DNA of 63,566 nucleotides, the filler included, from Folioceros fuciformis (taxonomy: Eukaryota), in assembly GCA_049999805.1 (NCBI GenBank). It is 6 parts of 5 records of this genome, joined end to end, with 100 filler letters (N's around TTAATTAATTAA, not from the genome) between each part and the next. Parts side by side here need not be neighbours in the genome. Positions count along the whole stretch, not along the records: positions 19,788 to 42,289 come from JBNGIO010006169.1; 5 more parts are not named here. One strand, 5' to 3'. The position numbers were made by a program, and so were the translations under genes. This document shows positions 25,461 to 35,960 of the stretch, one piece after another. Positions within the stretch are counted from its first letter, which is position 1; the number at the start of each line of letters is the position of its first letter. Under the pieces are notes generated by a model that worked only from the letters and a program-made list of their open reading frames with translations, was not told the DNA's origin and did not search any database.

Positions 25461-26234
25461 GCCATCAAAGTATGCCCATTGGACCATCTCTTCTCTTTAT
25501 TTCATGGAAATATAATAAACTTTTATGTCATATCATATGACTTGTATAGTTGGGTGCTAGAGTTTCAAAATTAAACCATGTAAGATGTAAGGAGTAGAGC
25601 GAGCGCTGCCCAAAAACAGAAAATAAAATCTTGACAAAAGTTGAAATCAATCTAATCTATGCCTGATAAGAAAGATAAGCGCTGTTTTACTACTACCATA
25701 TGTTAATACTAGGAAGGCATTTTAAGTATGCTTAGCTTAGCTGCTAGTTGGATAGATTTCAGTATTGCTCAAGTTTCGGGTTTCACATTTTCGTAAATCC
25801 TCCGATGTGAGTGCAGGAAGCTGTCGAGTTCACACTCCAGCAACGTGAGGCGGATCTGCATCGGTAGTGCTTCGAGGGTCGTGTCCTGCTGCCACATCTT
25901 TCATGCATCTGAACCTTGGAGGAGGTGCGAATTTTGGAGCAGGAGCACGAGCGGGCTGTACCGGTTCCTTGTAATTCTCGTTTGCCATACGGAGGGCCGA
26001 GTAACACAGGCGAATTGAAGTGAAGATGTGCGTCTGGCTTGGTAGGGTTACCCGTGCGGCAAAGAGGGAAAGCTGGCTGATCTTGTTGCAGGTAGAGCAG
26101 CCGCAACGCTAGAGGTGAGGTGGATCAAGGATAACTTTCGGGCTTCGGGCTGGCAGGAGCTGAAGAGGGAGAAGCGAAGGGAAATCTGGTGATTCTCGCT
26201 CGACAGGAGCACCGAAGACGGACTGAGACCGAGG

Positions 26235-26993
26235 ATGAGTGCAGAATTGGATGCCGATGAAGTTGTGGAAAATTCGGAGCTCGTGTTGTTTCAAGTGAAG
26301 GAGTGCTATGTCTACATGATACCTCCTCGGAAATCTTCGTCTTCTTTCAGGGCTGATGACTGGAACATCAACAAGTGGGTGTGGGAAGGGGGAATGAAGA
26401 TTGTGGCCAAGGGGGAGCAGTGCAGCATCAAATTGCAGGATTCCAAGACGGGAGAGCTTTATGCTGAAGCTCCTGTCAGGAAGGATGAGCCGTTGCCGAT
26501 TGAGCCAGTGATTGACAGCAGCAGGTACTTCGTGCTTCGTATTGAAGATGCTCAGTCTTCTGGCCGAGCCAGGCATGCGTTTATAGGGATTGGCTTCCGA
26601 GAACGGACAGAGGCTTATGACTTCCAGGCTGCCCTGCAAGATCATGTCAGCTATTTGAATAAGAAGAAGGAGGCTGAAGAGCTTGAGAAGGAATACCAGT
26701 CTAAGCCCGCAGTAGACTACAGCCTGAAAGAAGGGGAGACTCTCCGCCTTCAGCTCAAGACTGTGAATGCGAACTTGAGCGCAGTTTCAGCAAGAAGACG
26801 TCTTGCTGAGACTACTTCTCTGCAGAAGACATTGCCTCCTCCCCCATGTCCAGGGATTGTTGTTGTCAGGAGTCTGTCTGGGACACGTTTGCCCGAGGTT
26901 ACAACCGAGGCAGCATCTGGTGCTGCAAACCAACCTGAATCAAATGTGGAGCAGCACGAAGATGACGATTTTGGGGATTTTCAGACAGCGTAG
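26235..26993 (+). CDS. NECAP: Adaptin ear-binding coat-associated protein (NECAP-like, PHear/DUF1681)
   Basis: ECYVYMIPPR..FRADDW, GELYAEAP, IEPVIDSSRYFVLRIED, HAFIGIGFRERTEAYDFQAALQDH, DYSLKEGETL, acidic C-terminal DDDFGDFQ AP-1-binding-type motif. No introns in the CDS. Confidence 0.93.
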   Translation: MSAELDADEVVENSELVLFQVKECYVYMIPPRKSSSSFRADDWNINKWVWEGGMKIVAKGEQCSIKLQDSKTGELYAEAPVRKDEPLPIEPVIDSSRYFVLRIEDAQSSGRARHAFIGIGFRERTEAYDFQAALQDHVSYLNKKKEAEELEKEYQSKPAVDYSLKEGETLRLQLKTVNANLSAVSARRRLAETTSLQKTLPPPPCPGIVVVRSLSGTRLPEVTTEAASGAANQPESNVEQHEDDDFGDFQTA

Positions 26994-27163
26994 AGCATCT
27001 ATGCAGGAAAGGAAAGGATAGTAAGGCGGGCTTCGGATCATTGTTGGGAGAGATTGGTTTCTGCCATGACATATGTCTCGTTCATAATGATGGCGTAGAA
27101 CAATGTGCCCAATGTTTGCAGGGTCTTTTATAACTCAAAGCGACAAACGACAGATTTAGGAAA

Positions 27164-30100
27164 TTAGCCCGGGGAATGATGTTGCTGCATACCTTGGCGC
27201 TCTGCAGTATGACCTTTGTTGGTACCCAGACTTGTTGTCAACCTGCGAGCCTCTGCTTTCTCTGCTTCGTCTGTCAGTTGTTTGACAATTGCTGGCCCAC
27301 ACTTGGCAACCATGGTAGCAAATACGTTCTCGGTGCCATCATCCGCACGCTTGAGCAGGTTGACTGGAGACTCGAACTCAAGGACCCTTCCACCCTCTCC
27401 AAGCACGAGTAGAACGTCAGCGTCGATAACAGTCTCAATTCTGTGAGCTATTGTGAGCACTGTACAATCCTTGAACACTTGGCGCATAGTCTCCTGAATG
27501 ATACGGTCTGTCCCTCCGTCTACCGAAGCAGTGGCCTCATCCATCACTATAACGCGAGACTTACGAAGGAAGGACCTTGCCAGGCACAGGAGTTGCCGTT
27601 GTCCAACGCTGAAATTCTCCCCATTCTCGGCCACCACGCTGTCAAGCCCGTCCACCAGACTCCGAATCTTTGCTGTGAGACGGACCTTCTCGATGGCTTC
27701 GTGAATCTCCACATCTGAATGCTGCTGAAATGGGTCAAGATTGCTTCTTACCGTCCCTCTGAAAAGCACAGGATCCTGAGGGATGATGGAAATCCGCTGC
27801 CGCAGGTCGTCAAGCCCGACATCCCTGATGTTTATACCGTCCACTAAGATGGATCCAGAACATGCTTTGTTCTCCACCATCCTGAACAAGGCTGCAGCCA
27901 GACTCGATTTGCCTGCTCCGGTTCTGCCCAGGATGCCCATCTTGCTACCGCCCTGCAAATTGAAGGAGACATCATTTAGCACAGGGGGTAATCCTTCCCG
28001 GTAGGCCATGCTGTAGTGACAAAATTCTATGCTTCCTCGCTGGGGCCAATCTCGCGCGATTGTTCCAGGTGTGGTGCTGGCCCCTTCCTCGGTGGACAGT
28101 TGGCTGTAGGCTTGGATTCTCTCCACGCTTGTGAACAGGTTCTCCGTTTCCGCTGCCAGCCTTATGCCATACTGGAACACTCCGGTGAGCTGAAGGCTTT
28201 GCACTAGTATCACGCCGGCAAGTCCGGGAGCCAGGGAGTCCCCCAGCAGGACAACGATGATGGCAGACGCTGTGACACACACCGCGGCAAGCAGGTCCAG
28301 CCTGATGCCTAGCCATCTCCCGGCGTGAAAGAAGAGGATGAATGCTCGTTGATTTGCATCGATGAGAGCTGCAAAGCGATCATGGGCGCGGGATTCCACT
28401 CTATAGGCACGAATTGACGTGATTCCTGCCAGAGTCTGTACGAAGTGCTCGTAGACTGGCGACCTGGAGATTCCATCTAGGCGTTTCAATTCCCTGGAGG
28501 TGGCCACGTAGCGGCGCTGGAAGAAGAGGAATCCTGCCAGACAGGGCGGCACTATTAGGAGAAACCATGGAATGAGAACTGCAATTAAGCACATCGAGCC
28601 CAGCACTGCAATCAGGTTCTCGCAGGTCTGCTGGGCGGTTGTGGGGAGGGAGTCGTCCACCATGGCCTGGTCCTTGCTGAATCTGTTGAGAATCCTGCCC
28701 ACGGGATGCTGGTCGAAGAAGAGCTGAGGGGACCTGAGCACGCTCTGTGCCATCTGGCTGTGCATGTTCTTGGCAGATAGAATGGCTGCACGAGTGAAAA
28801 GCAAACTCCTGAGCAGGGAGAAAGCCAGAGTACCCATACAGAGCGCAGCGTACACGGTGGTGTATGAGTGTGCCTTGAGATTGTACTTTCTGTCCACCCA
28901 CACACTCAGCCAGTAGTCTGCCGTTACACGAACTCCCTGTCCTAGGACGAAGACCACCAACACAAGGCTGCACAATCCAACACCAGCCCCTTGGAGGTAA
29001 GTTATGTAGTTGGAAGAAGTTACCACTCCCTCTGCCCTGTCCTCCTGCACTCCGAACGTTCCTTCTTTCGAATTTCCTCCAGACCTCCCGTCCTCACCAT
29101 TTGCTGTGCCAGCATCAAGGTCCGCGGGATTTGCAAGGCCCTGCGCTGCCTCGTTTGTTCCGAGTGTCTCATCCGGTTGCAGTTGAGTAACCTCTTCCTT
29201 AGATATCAGTCTCAGCTGCCCGCTGTCCATGAGGTAGACTCGATCACACAGCTGGAGTGAGGCCTTGGTGTGGGTGACAAGAAGAACCGTCCTGTCCTCC
29301 AAGAGTCCTCTCAGAACATGCTGCATCAGATGGTGGGCTGTGGGGACGTCCACTGCCGCCAAAGGATCATCCAGAAGAACCACCTCCGCAGAGCTGTAAC
29401 AGGCCCGAGCCAAACTGAGTCGGGCTCTCTGCCCGCCACTCAAGTTGACTCCCCTCTCCCCGAGCTCGGTCTCGTGTCCTGCTTCAAATTTGCTGATGTC
29501 GTGATCCAAAGCGCAGGCATGAATCACCCTCAAGTACCGAGCTTCATCGTACATGCTCCCGAAGACAACGTTCTCCCGGATGGTGGCATTCAGAATCCAC
29601 GCCTGCTGTGGGACGTAGGCCACAGTGTCCCCTCTAAGTTGGAAGCTTCCCCGCACGCAATGCATCTCTCCAAGCAAGGCAAGCAATAGGGAGCTCTTTC
29701 CGCTCCCTACAGGGCCAATCACTCCCACTGTTTCTCCTCTATTGATGCTGATGCTCACGTTTTCGATTGTACAACTGCGATCTGGCATCCTTGTAGGGGG
29801 CTCTGATGCAACATCTGGCAGACTGAGGCTGATTTCGAAGCTTGTAGGGCTCCCCGTCGTGCCTTCGTCATGCTGCGTTAGGTTCCAGGAGAAAGTACAA
29901 TCCACAGCAACAACAGGTGCCAGCAACTCCTCGTGAGTCTTGCGAACATCGCCATCCGGGGAATCGAGAAGATGTTGCAGCCTTTGGAGTCCGACCAGGG
30001 CTTCCCCTGCGTACTGTATCCCACTTGGAGTGACCATAAGGATTCTCTGCAAGATACCGAACATGGCCACCACGGTGAAGGCTTTGCTGGGACCAAGTTC

Positions 30101-31135
30101 CTGATTGCGCCAGGCATACGTACCGAATGTCATGAGCACGGCCAAGGGACCGACCAAGTCCTTGATGGTCGAGGTGGAAGCTCGCAGAAATACGGCTTTC
30201 TGCATCCATCTCATCTCCACTGCCCGCAGATCCTCCACCTTCTTCAGGTATGCTGACGTCCAACCATTATACTTAACCACTCTGATTCCCGTGAGCACTT
30301 CCGCAATCAGCCTAACTCTGGCGTCTGTGTACTTCAGTGCTGATCTCCGCAGGCTTGTCACGGACCTGGCCAGAAGAACCTGCAGAGGCACGGTGAGGAA
30401 CATGAGAGTAATCCCCGGAGTCGCTGCCACCCCTATCACCCAGATGGACAGTCCTGCAATCAAGGTGATCTCTACAAGCGAGAACCAGGTGTAATGGAAG
30501 TACAAGGACGCGTCTATGAACTTCTGAGTGTCATTGGTGAGCATATTGAGGAGCTGCCCGTTGCTGGCTTGCGCCAGCTGGAGAGCCACTGCCTTCATTG
30601 CCAACACCTTGTCAAACACCACCATTCCAACTATGGCTCGCAGCTTCATGCCCACCTTCAAAGTGAGAGCTATGAGCGAGTGGGTGGACATGCTGTTGAT
30701 CACTAGGACAGCCAGCATTGCGGCCACCAAGCCCAAGTGCCACCAGCGGTCATGCACTTTCTGGGCGGTTTCATTTACTATAGTTCTAAGAAGGTACACT
30801 TGTATAAGCCAGGTTACAAGCCATACGGGCTTCCAGAGCGACGACACAAGAAGCTCCCAGCCAACAGTGTGAGCGAGAATGTGGAACACAGGGACATTGT
30901 TCTTGCATTTCCCTCTGTGGGGATCCTGAGAAATGGACGTCTGTACTCCCCTCCATTTTTCGTGGCAGTAGGCTGTGGATTCCTGAACATTCAGCTGGTA
31001 GAGATGTTCTTCTTGCAGGGGCTCTCTGCTTCCCAGCTTCATGAGAGGCGAAATCCAGACCCACAACAGTCTGCTCAAAGTTCCTGCCTTCATCTCAGGA
31101 CTTGTTCCGCCCCATCTCTGCTTCCCCTCCTCCAT
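27164..31135 (-). CDS. ABCC: ABC transporter subfamily C (MRP-like), short form without TMD0, 1323 aa, intronless
   Basis: TMD1-NBD1-TMD2-NBD2 layout; Walker A GPVGSGKS and GRTGAGKS; signatures LSGGQ and FSVGQRQ; lasso-like N-terminus (WVWISPLMKLG..PLQEEHL); ABCC motifs PVGRILNRFSKD and SRELKRLD..SRSP. Confidence 0.95.
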   Translation of the reverse strand: MEEGKQRWGGTSPEMKAGTLSRLLWVWISPLMKLGSREPLQEEHLYQLNVQESTAYCHEKWRGVQTSISQDPHRGKCKNNVPVFHILAHTVGWELLVSSLWKPVWLVTWLIQVYLLRTIVNETAQKVHDRWWHLGLVAAMLAVLVINSMSTHSLIALTLKVGMKLRAIVGMVVFDKVLAMKAVALQLAQASNGQLLNMLTNDTQKFIDASLYFHYTWFSLVEITLIAGLSIWVIGVAATPGITLMFLTVPLQVLLARSVTSLRRSALKYTDARVRLIAEVLTGIRVVKYNGWTSAYLKKVEDLRAVEMRWMQKAVFLRASTSTIKDLVGPLAVLMTFGTYAWRNQELGPSKAFTVVAMFGILQRILMVTPSGIQYAGEALVGLQRLQHLLDSPDGDVRKTHEELLAPVVAVDCTFSWNLTQHDEGTTGSPTSFEISLSLPDVASEPPTRMPDRSCTIENVSISINRGETVGVIGPVGSGKSSLLLALLGEMHCVRGSFQLRGDTVAYVPQQAWILNATIRENVVFGSMYDEARYLRVIHACALDHDISKFEAGHETELGERGVNLSGGQRARLSLARACYSSAEVVLLDDPLAAVDVPTAHHLMQHVLRGLLEDRTVLLVTHTKASLQLCDRVYLMDSGQLRLISKEEVTQLQPDETLGTNEAAQGLANPADLDAGTANGEDGRSGGNSKEGTFGVQEDRAEGVVTSSNYITYLQGAGVGLCSLVLVVFVLGQGVRVTADYWLSVWVDRKYNLKAHSYTTVYAALCMGTLAFSLLRSLLFTRAAILSAKNMHSQMAQSVLRSPQLFFDQHPVGRILNRFSKDQAMVDDSLPTTAQQTCENLIAVLGSMCLIAVLIPWFLLIVPPCLAGFLFFQRRYVATSRELKRLDGISRSPVYEHFVQTLAGITSIRAYRVESRAHDRFAALIDANQRAFILFFHAGRWLGIRLDLLAAVCVTASAIIVVLLGDSLAPGLAGVILVQSLQLTGVFQYGIRLAAETENLFTSVERIQAYSQLSTEEGASTTPGTIARDWPQRGSIEFCHYSMAYREGLPPVLNDVSFNLQGGSKMGILGRTGAGKSSLAAALFRMVENKACSGSILVDGINIRDVGLDDLRQRISIIPQDPVLFRGTVRSNLDPFQQHSDVEIHEAIEKVRLTAKIRSLVDGLDSVVAENGENFSVGQRQLLCLARSFLRKSRVIVMDEATASVDGGTDRIIQETMRQVFKDCTVLTIAHRIETVIDADVLLVLGEGGRVLEFESPVNLLKRADDGTENVFATMVAKCGPAIVKQLTDEAEKAEARRLTTSLGTNKGHTAERQGMQQHHSPG

Positions 31136-32519
31136 GCTTCCTTCTGGGCTGTCACTTCGGCAAATGTAACTCCTCCTTTTATTTTAATACTTCTTCCTTC
31201 CTGAGTTTTGTATACAATCATGCAACTAACTAAGGCTGTACTGGCTGTTTATTCCTTCGGCCCCAATCCCAAGTGGAATTGAACATTACGTAATAAATCA
31301 TTTTCTTGCTGATTCTTTCTCTCAATACAACCTGAAAAATCAGTATATTCTTTTGATCGTCTGCCGGGAGCGACTGCTCATCAACTCTATTCACATTGAA
31401 TGTGGACGCGCATCCCGTCAAATCTTTCAATTATTTTTTTTTTAAGCTTTCTTTTCTGTATGAAATAGTATGAAATGAATAAAGATGGATAGTTTCAATG
31501 CACACTTATTAATATATGTGTACTATAAAGTAAAAAATAAGAATCTCTTGACCCTATTCAATAATATATCGACACATGTCCAAAATAATCATAAACAAGA
31601 TTATATTATGTAAAGAACCTCTCGTATTTATTTTAGAAAAAAAAAAGACGGAAAAAACCATCTATCCCAACAGAGGGGGATAAACCACTAGAAGCTAACC
31701 CCCTCGAACCTAATGACTGTCAATAGCACCTAAAACAACATGGTCTAAGAGGAGAAAGGGTTTACTACCACTAGAGTTGTTAATGCCGCCTCTCTTGCCA
31801 ATGTTGTCGTCCTATGTACGGCATTATAATGTCAATGCTCGCTACTAATTGTTTCAGCTTTGATTCAATGAAAATAAGTGGATGGCATCTTTAGTTTGGA
31901 AGAGAGATAGAAAAACTCATCTATCTCCCAATGTGGGGCAAAAACCTATAGGGACTGGCCTAATTAGGAGGAAGGGGGAAATCATACTCCATAATTACCA
32001 ATGAAGCTGGCAGAAATATATCTAATTAAATTTGATTTACAAAAATTCTAAATAGTGGCCTCACGTTCTACAAGCATCTTGTGTTTCGTAGGTTCAAAAT
32101 TCATTTACTACGAACTAATTAAGATTTCTTTAAAAAGGTTGCTAATATCTTTTAGTATTCTTATATTCAAACGTGGGCAAGACCACGACTAGCCGTAAAA
32201 ATCAGGTGGCCAGGTAAAGGCCCACTCACACTATTCTTACACGAGTCTGCCTGTAAAGGTTGCCACATGACATGTGACCATCATACATACACCGCATATA
32301 GTTTAGGCTTGACCAGCTACCGGTTGTGTCTGCCACTAGGTTGTAAGGACTACGATTTAGGTACTGAAACCCTCATTTCAAATCGTGATTTGCTTACACT
32401 GGAGTCCACGAAATTGGGGCCAAATTCGCACTCCTTAGATGGATAAGGGTGATCCTAGTTGACCTCGCTTACCACCAAATGATGCGCCCTATACTACTTA
32501 CTACCAAATAATCGCATGA

Positions 32520-34570
32520 TACTTGGCTCCAAGACACATAAAAGAGGCTAGAATCGTGCACATTCCTTGGGAAAGAGAGCAAGATTTTGTGGCGGGAATG
32601 AATAGCCAACATGAAGCACCGACAAATTTTGCTTTGTGTTTGGACAAAAAGGCCCAGCTAATTACCACAACCAAGCGAGCCCAAAGCAGAATCTCCTATC
32701 ACTGTAGTCAGGTACATTGGTTTCAGATTGCTTCTTTCAATTCGGTTTCAAATGTCACATGATGCCGTCACAACCTCACATTGCATAGTGGTAGAGTTTG
32801 TTGTACTACACTCTATTCTTATCAAATCATATACCAAACTGTTTTCCTTAATGAGACAAATCTAACCATATGCTATGAGTTCAATGTTGAGCACATTTGA
32901 GTAGGATGCTGCAAGAAAATGTTTTCTTCACATCCTGACTTTGTTCAATTCTAACTCCAGTCTTCAATGTCTCGGTGCTACGAGTTGGTGGCGATGACTT
33001 TAGCGATACGGATGCACAACGGCTCAGAGATTTAGATGTAGTTGTGGATTCTGAAGCCAACCAGGATGACCCAGTTTTTGTTTGACAATAGACTTGACTT
33101 TACTTGAACTCGTCATAAACTTGAACGTGAAGTACTTTGAATAGTTTGTGTGCTGATTGACCGGCGCATTATATGCTTTAGTTAAGAAATATCAAGTTTC
33201 TAGTAGAAGACTCAAAATTTTTACTCCATTTACTTTGGTTTTATTGACATTTGGAGAAAAAAGAATATATGAATACATGTCGGTGGCGTAATTGTTTTTG
33301 AAATTAGATCAAAGGTAGATAAGGAGCGCAGATCATGACAAATTTCAAATGCGCAAAACGGGCTTTGAGAAATCCGCTCGTCTGGGCTGTATCACGTGAC
33401 ATTATCACATGATGTCATCACAACCTCACTTTGCATGGTGGTAGAATTTGTTCCACTACACTCTATTCTTATCAAATCATATACCAAACTGTTTGCCTTA
33501 ATGAGGCAAATCATCACTAATTGTTGCATTTTTTACCATTCTGTTTCTTCATTCTGTTTTTGTATACTTTCAGCAATGCAAGCAGAATGATGTATTTTTT
33601 GTGCGTTTTGGAGCACATTTGAGGAGGATGCTACAAGAAAAGATTTTCTTCACATCCTGACTTTGGGTGTTCAGTCCTTTCTTCAGTTTTCACTAAGTGT
33701 TGCATGCTATATACCATCCTCACTTTGGGTGTTCAGTTCTTTGTCCAGTCCTCACTAATTGTAAGAAGGGGGGTCACATTGTGAATACTAAGCAAGAACA
33801 GTTGCACAAACATGCAGTAGCCGGTGCAAATGATATTCTTGATGATATGGTGACCCTTTCTATGGTGCCTTACAGTATGGCTAAGTGTATGTCTGCAGCA
33901 AATCCTTGGAAGCCAGCTTATGTGGTCACTGATTCAATGTCCATGTGGACAACTTGTAGTTGTCTACAAGAACAAGGTTTTTTTATGTAAGTATGTTGTG
34001 AAAGTTCAGCATATGCTTGGGGTGTTTGCTTGTTTAAGCCCTTAGACGAAAGTTTTCAGCTAGTAACGGAAAGAAAGGGGAGGAAGTGGACACAATATTA
34101 TGGCTAAATTGTCTTCACTGTACACATGACGATAAGACTACCTTCCCAGCTTCATTGGATGAGTATTCTACCACAAGCATACCACCTCCAGTAGAATATC
34201 ATAAGCCTAGATATCTAGAATTGAAGGAAAAGAAGCAAGTGAGTGTGGAACAAGAGTGCAAGGACATTTGAGATTGTGTGTACATGCATGATGGTATTGT
34301 GTTTGAGGCTGATGTCCTTGTGCAAAATACTTTGTTGGCTGTGAAGCAACTCATAGCCCAAATGCAAGAGACTGGTGGTTCGCCCGAATGCAGGTCATTG
34401 CAACCTTTTATACCAATTGAAGGACCGAGCAATGCAGCTAGGTCGAGACCTTTCTTTTCCCCTCCCAAGGGAAAAAGGAAGAAAATCACTTGGAATGTAG
34501 GAGGTGGCAAAGAGAATCCATGGAGACCAATGGTAGATAATTACAAGCCTTGTTTTCCAGGACAATAGGA
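32520..34570 (+). mobile_element. Degenerate MULE-like / SWIM zinc-finger transposase relic
   Basis: HIPWEREQDFVAG N-terminal motif; WTTCSCLQEQGF/LCKYVVKV (SWIM CxC..CKH-like, frameshifted at ~33985); internal duplication 32755-32945 vs 33405-33665. Confidence 0.55.
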
Positions 34571-35237
34571 GGGTTGCACGCCCTGGTTTTTCTCTCTAGA
34601 GGAGTACCATGGCTTCCATGTTTTTGTTGCTTTATGGATTTAGTTTCCATTCACTATAGTGCCTTGTTGCCTCCATGACCTTCTTACTTGCAGCCTTCAT
34701 ATCCATGGAGCTCAGGCTCCTGCAGCCTTCCAATCCATAGGCCTTAGATTCCTACAGCCTATAAATCCATGGGGCTCATACCCCTGCAATTTCAAATCTA
34801 TGGGGCTCCGGGAGTGCAATGGCAAATCCATGGCAAACCTTCTATGCTCACGAAAGGAGACACACACTTGCTTATTTATGCTCGTGGAAGATGAGAAGCG
34901 GGACTTGGTTATCCCTGTGGAAGAAGAAGAAGCGGGACTTTGGTTTCACGCAAGGGCAAGTCAATATTTTATTGAAGATATACGCTTATTCATATACATA
35001 TATTGTGTGTAGTGTAATAGTGTGCGCTGTAGAACAAGGACTAGTTCGCTCGTGATCTGCATTGCCAGCCCGTTTTTTGCGGCGATAACCAACGGACAAG
35101 CCCCTTTATTTCACCGGTTTCCGGTGCCCTGGAAAACCATACGTAGATGCTGACCGTATCTCGATGCATAAGACATGGGATGTCATACATGAAGCATGGC
35201 ATGGCTCCACGAGTGGATGGGTGGGGCCAGACTTGGC

Positions 35238-35288
35238 TACATCAGGATTACGGCTTTTGGGCTAGCCGTAAGCCGTAATCCTGATGTA
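35238..35288. repeat. Perfect 19-bp inverted repeat with 13-nt loop, TA at both ends
   Basis: TACATCAGGATTACGGCTT (35238-35256) ... AAGCCGTAATCCTGATGTA (35270-35288). Confidence 0.85.
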
Positions 35289-35960
35289 CAATGAACCTCC
35301 ACAAAGATCGGCCAATAAAGCGGAAAATCTCTACGTTCGAGGAACAACGCCCAATCCGAATCCGTCTGCACTGCAGATTTTCGAAGTGAACAACACATAA
35401 CTAAACATTCTAAACGCTATTCGCATTACGTTTCAAGGCCTACCAATCCTACCACACGTACACAAGTGTAGTAAAATGGATGGATAGTGCAGCCTATTTA
35501 AATCGCAGGCAGGACTACAACGTTATCCTTAGACACCAGCCGGTGCAATTCCCTCAGACAGGGGCTCCGCATGTGAGCAGAGCCATTTCGTGGAGGCTTA
35601 ACAAGTTAGGCAATGAGAAACCTCCTACATTTCATGACCACGTGGCAGAAACGTGCTATTCTTAAGATAAGAACAATTCATGAGCGTTACCCGACTCAAA
35701 ATCACCTCTGCCTCATGTGGCCTTTCGGGCCACGTCGCCTACGATGAATCATCCTGCATACTAGATTGAATATACCACGTCGTTGCATAAACAGGCATCC
35801 ATAACCGTGACCAACGCACCGACGTGCGACATGGGCATGCCACGGACAGACAGAGAAGACAGTCCATCGTTGGGAGTAATCAGAACGTTGCCGATAAACA
35901 GATATATCAATTGGCATCTTTTAAGGATAGGATCGTGCCCCCTTTAAAATCATTCCCAGC

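Noticed and set aside
27176-31204. Numerous ORFs antisense to or overlapping ABCC (likewise over SAMDC, VSR and gag-pol)
   Set aside because: Shadow ORFs expected from GC-rich codon usage; no independent motifs.
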